Shown here: one piece after another, positions 36,977 to 43,330 of the stretch
Position numbering within the stretch: position 1 is the stretch's first letter
How the letters are laid out: each line of letters opens with the position of its first letter
Source of the DNA: Chloroflexia bacterium
GTDB taxonomy: Bacteria > Chloroflexota > Chloroflexia > Thermomicrobiales > UBA6265
NCBI GenBank assembly: GCA_013697005.1
Contig: JACCXM010000368.1
Span: 1-43,330 of the forward strand
Reading direction: 5' to 3'
Length of the DNA: 43,330 nt
Translations under genes and position numbers: made by a program
The notes under the pieces: generated by a model
Seen by the model: the letters and a program-made list of their open reading frames with translations, nothing else
Databases searched by the model: none
What the model was told of the DNA's origin: nothing

Positions 36977-38031
36977 TAGCCTCCGCCGTCCGGGCTAGAG
37001 AAACGGCGAGCCAACGACGCCAGAAACGGGTGGTAGCGACGTTCTACCGGAGGAGGAAAGCTGACGATTTCCCCGCCGAAGCGCGTCTTGAACTCATATA
37101 AACCCCGCATGTCCCTGCCGCTGGACCCGGCCAGTCGATCACCGTTTTCGCCAACGGTTGATTCGGGATCGTACTCAGGAATCCCCCAAAGATCGTAGCG
37201 CCGCGCGCCTCTGTCGCGCGCCCATCGCATCGCCTCATGTTGCAGGAGAAAACCGGCGCCATGGGCGCGATCCTTGGTCGACGATGCTCCGTACATATAG
37301 ATCGCTTCATCTCCGAAAACGGCTGCAATCACAGCAGCCACGACCTTTCCTTCGAATCCGGCAAACAGGAGAGCCGCATCAGGAGCGAAGTAGCGCAGAA
37401 ACTCTCGATAATATTCCGCCGGATGAATGTGAAATTCGTTCCGCGCCGCGGTGTCCCGCAGCAAACCGTGGAATGTATCCACCGAGTTTTCGTGGTCATG
37501 CGCGATCCAGACTTCGACCTCACGTCGCTTCGCCATCCGGACGTTGTAGCGGGTTTTCGGATGCATCTGAGCGAGAAGCTCGTGGTCGTCGCGGAGAGGA
37601 ACTTTCACCGTGCGCGCGGGTTGGATCGCAGCGAGCCCCGTGGATAACAACGGCGCGTCGAATCCGCCAACCGACATCACGAGATTTGGTTCGACCACAA
37701 TGGTTAGTGTCCGCCGGCGGTTCGCGGCACTATCGATCCGCCTCCACAACTCCGCAATCCCGCCGGAATCTTCGCCTGGCAAGACCGGTCCCCGCGGGAT
37801 GTACCCGATGCTGACGCCAGCCCTATGGCGAAAGAGAACCTGCGCCATTAGCACGTGTTGGTTGTGGATGACCGCAAACCGTTCGACTTCCCAGCCGAAT
37901 TGATTCTTGAACGTGCCCCAGCGCCACGACTGAAGGAGATGTCCATTCCCGCGTTTGACCGCCGCGTCCCAGGCTTCCGGGTCGTACTCGACGCCATTCT
38001 CCGCCGACACCAGGTCGCTCGTCGCTGTCAT
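36976..38031 (-). CDS. FemAB-family peptidoglycan interpeptide-bridge aminoacyltransferase (FemX-like)
   Basis: GHLLQSWRWGTFKNQFGW N-terminal motif and a C-terminal GLYEFKTRFGG motif typical of the FemAB (PF02388-type) family. The stop overlaps the murE ATG (TAATG). Confidence 0.8.
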   Translation of the reverse strand: MTATSDLVSAENGVEYDPEAWDAAVKRGNGHLLQSWRWGTFKNQFGWEVERFAVIHNQHVLMAQVLFRHRAGVSIGYIPRGPVLPGEDSGGIAELWRRIDSAANRRRTLTIVVEPNLVMSVGGFDAPLLSTGLAAIQPARTVKVPLRDDHELLAQMHPKTRYNVRMAKRREVEVWIAHDHENSVDTFHGLLRDTAARNEFHIHPAEYYREFLRYFAPDAALLFAGFEGKVVAAVIAAVFGDEAIYMYGASSTKDRAHGAGFLLQHEAMRWARDRGARRYDLWGIPEYDPESTVGENGDRLAGSSGRDMRGLYEFKTRFGGEIVSFPPPVERRYHPFLASLARRFSSPDGGG

Positions 38032-38975
38032 GACGATGATGGGAATGGTTCGACCAGCGCATTGACTTCTTCGATGGCCGATTCAATGAGCTCGAAATCA
38101 GCTTCCCGTGCATCTTCGGCTAATCGCTCCAGTGCTCGCACCGCGCCGCGCCCCCCGATCTGACCGATCGCGCTTATGGCCATGTGCCGCACTTCGGAGT
38201 CCTCATCCCGAGCTGCTTCGAGCAGTGGAGGCAGTGCGTCCGCCGACCCGAGAAGTCCTGCTGAGCGCGCGGACTCGAATCTCAGTTCAGGTTCTTCATT
38301 TTCTAATTCGCCGAGAATCTCTGGCAGCCACCTCAGATTTCGACTTTGGCCCATTGCCGCGATAGCACTGCATCGCAGTCCATGATCACCAGCGTCGAAG
38401 GCTTCGTCGATCGCTGCGGCCACCTCGGCTTCATCGGCAAACGGTCCGAGTGATTCGAGCGATCGGCGCTGCACTGCGTAGGCAGCTTCCGCATCGACCG
38501 CCGCGCGGAGAAGGTGCTCGCGCAAAGCATTCGTGACATCGCCGGCGAACGACCCGGATGCGGCCCGTTGCGAATATCGCCCAAGTGCCGTCGCTGCCTC
38601 GGCGCGTACGTCGGATGACGGATCGTCGTCCAAGATGGTGAGCAGTCGATCAAACAGTTCCGTCGTATCGTCTTCCCAGAGTCCGCAGATCGCGAGCTGA
38701 CGGACCACGGGCGAGGCATCATCGAGGGCAACGTGTAGTGCGCGCCGGAAATCAAGATCAACCCGCTCTTCAGTAAGTTCCTCCCACCGCCGAACAATGC
38801 CAATCCGAATGTCTTCCGGCAACGACGGCCACTCCCGGGCCAGTATCCGGGCGCCGTCGCGCGACAAATCCGAAAGACGCAACAGGCGCGTCTGCGACAG
38901 GTCACCCGCTCGCATCGCCGAAAGTGCTTCGATTAGCGACTGGCTGCGTTCGCGTTGTTCAATCGCGTCGCCCAT
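38028..38975 (-). CDS. HEAT-repeat (PBS-lyase-like) protein
   Basis: Repeated D(D/E)xxxxVRxxAxxALG units (DDPSSDVRAEAATALG, DEDSEVRHMAISAIGQIGG, DDASPVVRQLAICGL). 4-nt overlap with the Fem-like gene. Confidence 0.75.
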   Translation of the reverse strand: MGDAIEQRERSQSLIEALSAMRAGDLSQTRLLRLSDLSRDGARILAREWPSLPEDIRIGIVRRWEELTEERVDLDFRRALHVALDDASPVVRQLAICGLWEDDTTELFDRLLTILDDDPSSDVRAEAATALGRYSQRAASGSFAGDVTNALREHLLRAAVDAEAAYAVQRRSLESLGPFADEAEVAAAIDEAFDAGDHGLRCSAIAAMGQSRNLRWLPEILGELENEEPELRFESARSAGLLGSADALPPLLEAARDEDSEVRHMAISAIGQIGGRGAVRALERLAEDAREADFELIESAIEEVNALVEPFPSSS

Positions 38976-38987
38976 TGAGCACGTTCC

Positions 38988-40655
38988 TTACGGGGCTCTC
39001 CCGGGCACGTAGGTGTAGGAATCCGCAACATCTGGATCGCGCGAAAAGGCGCCGGTATCGTCCTGCTCCAGAATAGAGCGCAGGAGCGTTGCCGACATCG
39101 GCCGCTCCACGTTTACTCCAGCGAGCAAGGTTTGGAACTCTGCCGAGAAATTTGCGTCTCGCGCATCACCAATGCGCTCAAATGTTGCTGCGACAACAGT
39201 CTCGGGACGACGCCGGATTTTCTCATCGAGTGGTTTTTCATTCGCCAACCCAGCAAAGCGTTCCTCGCTGAGGAGCTGAACGTTATCGACTCCGCAGGCA
39301 AATGTTGTGGGCCGGAAGACGTATCGCAGGGCACGTCGCTCATCAAGCTCCAGAAGCTGATTGCTTTGCGGCGCTTCTGGCACATATTCGACGCGGTAGT
39401 GGCCATCATTCTCCGTTCGCTGAATTGAGATGACTGCACCGGGAACGAGATTCTCGGTGTAAAAATCATCAAGGCCGAGAATGAATCCGCCTCGGTTCGG
39501 CGTCGGGAAACGCAATTCGACCAAATACGTCGTAAACGACTGAGGACATTCAAATGTCAGGACAGCAGATTTTTGCCCAGGCACGACGGGACCCAGCAGC
39601 AGTGCCTGCATTTCCGCGTCGTAAGGCAAAAGGCCATGGATGAACTCGTAAAAGGTCAGCGTGTGGTCGACCGATTCCCGGGTTCGGTGCGCTGGCAATT
39701 CCGGCTCCTCGTCGAGCAGAAATCGAAAATCGGTGCCAATTTCATTCAATTTCCGGCGCGTTGTGCCAATCTGAGGCAGTCCACTCGTGCTCCAAAACCG
39801 TTGACTGCCGGTGCCAACGAATTCAAATTCGCGGTGTTCGTTTGACAGCCGATAGTCGATCCCGAACCGCACCAACTCGAAATCAGGAGCCCCCGGCCGC
39901 ACGCCGAGAACATCCTGGGTCAGATCGTCATCGGTAAGCGGTTGTTCTTTTTCCTGCATATAGTCGCGCAATCGCCTCAGATCGCCACGGCTGAAGCGGG
40001 GCACGCGTTCTTCCATGAGCCATTGTTCGCCAAAGTTTGCTACGCGGGGATCGGCCCCAAGCCGATTGCGCAGTGCTACGGCGAGGTTGAGATCGTCAAC
40101 TTGTGTCACGTCCGTTGGCTTGATCACCTGTGTCGTGATGATCCTGGCAAGAATTGTCGGCGCTTCCTCAACGTCGGGCTCGACGGCTGCGGCAACGTCC
40201 GTGGCGGCCTCCTCGACGTTTCCTGTGAGTTCCATACCAACGAGTGCATCTACCACCGGATCCCGCGGTCGCGGTCGTGAGCGCGCGACCGCTGAACCTT
40301 CTGTTTTTGGCAGCGGGGTAAAAAAACGTGCCGCAAACGAATGCTTTTCGATCTCTCGAACTTGGGATGGCGCGACACCGTCGCGGGTCGTAACGATGAA
40401 AGGTTCATCGTCTACAATTTCGATAGCAAACACATCTGGATTTGCCTCGGCCGCAGACTGGAGAAATGCGGCTGAGCTTTTGTCGCCCTGACGTTCGAGG
40501 AAATCCGTCAAAGCAGACAGTGAAACCCGGATCGGCGAATTGGCGGCCATGAACATGCCCCGCGCTTGCAGCAACCCCAAAACCTTGCCGGCCAATTCTT
40601 GTTGCCGCTTGCTTCCGGCCAGCTTCAGGGCTTGTTTTTCACGTTGCGCAATCAT
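38988..40655 (-). CDS. Hypothetical protein, 555 aa, no recognisable domain
   Basis: Long clean ORF with GC-rich third codon positions and GAAGGG upstream of the ATG. It ends 12 nt before the HEAT-repeat gene. It has an N-terminal helical region of about 100 aa, an acidic linker, and a C-terminal region of about 380 aa that I cannot assign. Confidence 0.65.
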   Translation of the reverse strand: MIAQREKQALKLAGSKRQQELAGKVLGLLQARGMFMAANSPIRVSLSALTDFLERQGDKSSAAFLQSAAEANPDVFAIEIVDDEPFIVTTRDGVAPSQVREIEKHSFAARFFTPLPKTEGSAVARSRPRPRDPVVDALVGMELTGNVEEAATDVAAAVEPDVEEAPTILARIITTQVIKPTDVTQVDDLNLAVALRNRLGADPRVANFGEQWLMEERVPRFSRGDLRRLRDYMQEKEQPLTDDDLTQDVLGVRPGAPDFELVRFGIDYRLSNEHREFEFVGTGSQRFWSTSGLPQIGTTRRKLNEIGTDFRFLLDEEPELPAHRTRESVDHTLTFYEFIHGLLPYDAEMQALLLGPVVPGQKSAVLTFECPQSFTTYLVELRFPTPNRGGFILGLDDFYTENLVPGAVISIQRTENDGHYRVEYVPEAPQSNQLLELDERRALRYVFRPTTFACGVDNVQLLSEERFAGLANEKPLDEKIRRRPETVVAATFERIGDARDANFSAEFQTLLAGVNVERPMSATLLRSILEQDDTGAFSRDPDVADSYTYVPGRAP

Positions 40656-40758
40656 GCCGCACCCTTCTCAATCATCAAACTCGCTACAATCCTGGTCAGG
40701 CATTGTGCGCCACTACCATCGATTCGGATTTACCGTGGCTCTATTGCTTACAATCGAC

Positions 40759-40953
40759 TTACGATGCCGCAGAGTCAGGAGAAAAGCTCTCGCCCGAGCG
40801 GAACTGCTCCGACTGACGTCGCAGAGCGTCGATGAGTTGCTGGGTCGTCACCGGTTGCGTTGCGTTCCGAAGTAAGTTCATCAGATAGGCGACGTCTTCT
40901 TCATTCAGGCTTACCGTACTGCTGATCGATTCACTATCAGGTGCCGACATCAA
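40759..40953 (-). CDS. Small hypothetical protein (63-64 aa), possible winged-helix-like fold
   Basis: GGAGGG Shine-Dalgarno directly before TTG-ATG. The sequence EEDVAYLMNLLRNATQPVTTQQLIDALRR resembles short wHTH/HARE-HTH-type modules, which is a weak inference. It is the first gene of the co-directional cluster ending in murE. Confidence 0.45.
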   Translation of the reverse strand: MMSAPDSESISSTVSLNEEDVAYLMNLLRNATQPVTTQQLIDALRRQSEQFRSGESFSPDSAAS

Positions 40954-41128
40954 CCCTCCGATATTCTCATGAGTTCATGAAACCCCAAACGTTCGCAAGG
41001 ATTGAGTGGAATGGTAGCCGTCACCTGACTGGACTGCCACATGCAGGCAGCGGAGTTCTTGCTCACCGGTAGAGAAAGCGCTCGTCACTCCCGCCGGGAA
41101 TCAGGTACAATGCGGCCGAAGCAATCAT

Positions 41129-41201
41129 GCGCCCGTAGCTCAGCGGATAGAGCGCTTGCCTCCGGAGCAAGAGGCCAGAGGTTCGAGTCCTCTCGGGCGT
41201 A
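41129..41201 (+). tRNA. tRNA-Arg (anticodon CCG), CCA not encoded
   Basis: Cloverleaf: acceptor GCGCCCG/CGGGCGT (G1-U72 wobble), D stem GCTC/GAGC, anticodon stem CTTGC/GCAAG with loop CTCCGGA, T arm AGAGG-TTCGAGT-CCTCT, discriminator A. Confidence 0.9.
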
Positions 41202-41269
41202 CCTCGTCTGGATTTGGTTTATCACTGCCATTCTCAATCATTTCCGCGAATCCCAAATCAGGCACGTGA

Positions 41270-41311
41270 CTGTACGTACAGACGCGATTAGCGTGTTATG
41301 CTGTACGTACG
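41270..41311. promoter_or_regulatory. Two copies of a CTGTACGTAC motif, the first within a 12-bp perfect palindrome; candidate operator pair upstream of the bactofilin genes
   Basis: CTGTACGTACAG at 41270-41281 is a perfect palindrome. CTGTACGTACG follows at 41301-41311. The start-to-start spacing is 31 bp. A CACGTG palindrome lies immediately upstream (41264-41269). Confidence 0.3.
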
Positions 41312-41456
41312 CCTCTACGGCCCGCGTCCGGAAAAGGCCAACGCGGCACTGCCCCTCCTTCCGCCCCACAGCGGATCCGCCGCGCTTCCGCTGGAATCCC
41401 CGCACGCCCGCCCCAATGTCATCATGGGTGTAGTGAAGAGTCCGGGAGGGTTGCGC

Positions 41457-42092
41457 ATGGTTTTTCGGAGAGACAGCAAAGTCGACGCGTTTCAGCGCCA
41501 GATCAGTGCCTTGCGCCACCAACTTGGTGGCGAATTGGAGCCAGTTTCACCTCAGGATGCTGACCAATACGCGCCAGAGAGAACGGAAACCAGATACCGC
41601 TCCGCATTCCCGGACCTGGATCCAATCGGACGCGATGTGCCTCGACAGCCGCGCGGTCGAGACATGCAACCGGAACTACTCGAAGGATTTCCCGCTCTAC
41701 CAGCCATTCCTTCGGTTGACAACCAAACGAGCGTGGTCGCTCATTCGACCGCGTGGAACGGCGATCTACAGTCGTCTGGTTCACTCCACGTCCATGGCCG
41801 CGTCGAAGGTTCGATCGCCGCACGCGACGATATCTTTGTTGCCGAGGAAGCGGATGTCGAAGCCACTTTGAACGCGGCCAGCGTCACGGTCGCCGGAAAG
41901 GTGCGCGGCTCGATCCACTGCGGGGAGCGGTTCGAAATTCTTCCGCGGGGACGGTTCGCTGGAGATGTTCAAGCTCCAGTCATCGTGGTCCACGATGGCG
42001 CTCTCGTCACAGGTCAGATAACTATGACGACCGTGTCGGACTCCAAAACGATGGCGCCAGCAGCGGTACGCATCGCGCACGGAGGTGACTGA
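41457..42092 (+). CDS. Bactofilin-family cytoskeletal protein with a disordered N-terminal region of about 100 aa
   Basis: The core GDLQSSGSLHVHGRVEGSIAARDDIFVAEEADVEATLNAASVTVAGKVRGSIHCGERFEILPRGRFAGDVQAPVIVVHDGALVTGQITM shows the bactofilin beta-helix repeat pattern. ATG 41457 has GGGAGGG 6 nt upstream. Confidence 0.8.
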   Translation: MVFRRDSKVDAFQRQISALRHQLGGELEPVSPQDADQYAPERTETRYRSAFPDLDPIGRDVPRQPRGRDMQPELLEGFPALPAIPSVDNQTSVVAHSTAWNGDLQSSGSLHVHGRVEGSIAARDDIFVAEEADVEATLNAASVTVAGKVRGSIHCGERFEILPRGRFAGDVQAPVIVVHDGALVTGQITMTTVSDSKTMAPAAVRIAHGGD

Positions 42093-42171
42093 GCATACCG
42101 TCGTCTGGCTCTGGATGCAGAGCGTTACGACAATCGCTATTGAGTTGAAACCTGAACGACGGAGGTGAAGG

Positions 42172-42762
42172 ATGCGAGACCGTTCGACCGCAGAGATTGA
42201 ATGGCACGCTGGCTCCGATGATTCATTTGAAAACGCAAGTCTCATCGACCGCCACTCCGCCTTTGACGGAAATTTTCAATCTCAGCGGGACATCAGGGTT
42301 GAAGGAGACCTCAAGGGGAATCTTTCATGCGATGGCACGCTCTTCATCACCGAGGGCGCTTCCGTGACGGCAACAGTCGATGCCGAAAATGTCACCGTCG
42401 CCGGTGATTTGAGCGGCGAAATACGCTGCCGCGGACGGCTCCAAATCCTTCCCAGTGGACGCGTTCGCGCTAAGGTGGCCACAGGCTCCCTGGTCATCCA
42501 GGAAGGAGCTATCTACGAAGGTCAGTTGGAAATGGCCGGTATCGAAATTTCCGCGCCCCGACCGCTTCGAGTCCGGTCCCAAGGTAGTGCGAATCCAGTG
42601 AGCATCGAGGCTGCCTCTGGCGACCGTGCCACCAGTACGGGAAATGGCACAACGTTCATCCGCCGCCTCGGCAGTCCCGAGGCCCCTTGGCAGTCTGACA
42701 CAGAAGAGTCCGAAGCTAAGTCACTCGATCTGCAACCAACCGGCGAAGGACCGGCTAGCTAG
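42172..42762 (+). CDS. Bactofilin-family cytoskeletal protein (second paralog) with a C-terminal tail of about 70 aa
   Basis: The core GNFQSQRDIRVEGDLKGNLSCDGTLFITEGASVTATVDAENVTVAGDLSGEIRCRGRLQILPSGRVRAKVATGSLVIQEGAIYEGQLEM is bactofilin-like. GGAGGTGAAGG precedes the ATG. Confidence 0.85.
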   Translation: MRDRSTAEIEWHAGSDDSFENASLIDRHSAFDGNFQSQRDIRVEGDLKGNLSCDGTLFITEGASVTATVDAENVTVAGDLSGEIRCRGRLQILPSGRVRAKVATGSLVIQEGAIYEGQLEMAGIEISAPRPLRVRSQGSANPVSIEAASGDRATSTGNGTTFIRRLGSPEAPWQSDTEESEAKSLDLQPTGEGPAS

Positions 42763-43143
42763 GGTACTGCAATCGCGGCGGCGTGGTGAGGTGTACAATT
42801 CTCGTCGATCCTGCTCGCCCGGTGCGGCGTCCGCGCGAAGAGGCGCGCAACGCCGGCGGAGCGTCAGGTGACAGAGGCGGTATGTGGCACGTGCCGCTTC
42901 TATGAATCCGGAGCCAACTGGCGGCAAGGGTGGTGCCGGAACACCAGACTGTACGGTCCCCTCGAAAGTCACTTCGTCGAATCTGGGGCACTCGATTGCA
43001 ACAATGCCACTTCGAGGAACTCTTGGGAACCCGCCGCGGGTTCAATCGATTTCCTCACTCCAGAAAAGTTCAGATCAGCCAATCGCATGTGGGTTGCGGC
43101 CGATCAGTCTGCATGGACCGGAGAGGTCTCTGGAGGAGTGCAG

Positions 43144-43330
43144 ATGGCGCTTGATCCGAGCCGGGCTGGATCCAGTGAGGAACGCACCGTGAGTTATCAG
43201 CCCGAAGAGCGGTATTGGACCGACTACCTGCGTATTGCGTTGCCAGTCATAGGCCTTCTCGTGCTTATCGGGTTACTCTGGTACTGGGCTTCGGCGCTCA
43301 TCGGGGACGGGGAGAGTCAGCCGCCGCCAA
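43144..43330 (+). CDS. 5' part of a bitopic membrane protein (runs off the window end)
   Basis: ATG 43144 follows GGAGGAG. The translation MALDPSRAGSSEERTVSYQPEERYWTDYLRIALPVIGLLVLIGLLWYWASALIGDGESQPPP gives a short cytoplasmic tail, one TM helix, then a Pro-rich start of the exterior part. It is open to the window edge and is not in the ORF track because it is partial. Confidence 0.45.
   Translation, partial: MALDPSRAGSSEERTVSYQPEERYWTDYLRIALPVIGLLVLIGLLWYWASALIGDGESQPPP

Noticed and set aside
41129-42800. A genomic island or integrative element inserted at tRNA-Arg
   Set aside because: No integrase, excisionase or phage genes follow the tRNA. I saw no duplicated copy of the tRNA 3' end downstream. 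The bactofilin genes look compositionally native.
42880-43060. Calling the leader a c-di-AMP (ydaO-yuaA) riboswitch
   Set aside because: Only short motif resemblances are present (GAAUC twice, GGAAC-like twice). Their order and the expected ACGGGG/CCGACAGCUAAC-type elements do not match my recollection of the consensus. It needs a covariance-model search, so it is kept only as an unclassified structured leader.

Overview
This is a GC-rich, gene-dense bacterial chromosomal window made up almost entirely of housekeeping genes. There are about 45 protein genes, many with overlapping stop and start codons, plus 3 tRNAs. I found no rRNA, CRISPR array, transposase, integrase or phage gene. The gene content (UPF0182 membrane protein, FemAB-family transferase next to murE, tandem bactofilins, split B12 mutase subunit) suggests a Chloroflexota/Thermomicrobia-like or actinobacterium-like lineage. 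That lineage call is inference only.

Content in order:
- **1-424:** 5' end of tuf preceded by tRNA-Tyr and tRNA-Thr.
- **639-7548:** a Pro/Thr-repeat lipoprotein, HMG-CoA lyase, M42 peptidase, an orphan ORF, a threonine-dehydratase-like gene remnant, a secreted cupin, hemW and folC.
- **7543-12813:** UPF0182 with a coupled small membrane protein, an MBL hydrolase, a membrane protein and an excisionase-type HTH protein.
- **12851-17926:** a long minus-strand operon: tatA/B-like, tgt, acpS, nnrD, CBS, alr.
- **18049-21091:** pth, hbd, the B12-binding mutase subunit and meaB.
- **21056-23923:** minus-strand yebC, ruvC, tlyA, larB.
- **24253-35443:** rpoD, fabF, holA, rpsT, murJ, then lepA, a yabN/mazG-like gene and aspS.
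- **35462-40953:** a minus-strand cluster of a 64-aa ORF, a 555-aa unknown, a HEAT-repeat protein, a FemAB-family transferase and murE.
- **41129-43330:** tRNA-Arg, two tandem bactofilins, and a partial bitopic membrane protein at the window edge.

I see no clear novel defence or mobile system. The four leads most worth following are:
1. The uncharacterised genes translationally coupled to femX-like/murE.
2. A promoter plus intrinsic terminator unit between yebC and rpoD, which could be an sRNA or an attenuator.
3. The bactofilin pair with a repeated palindromic motif upstream and a long structured leader downstream.
4. The fully low-complexity Pro/Thr lipoprotein.

All functional calls rest on motif recognition by eye. 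No database search was run.
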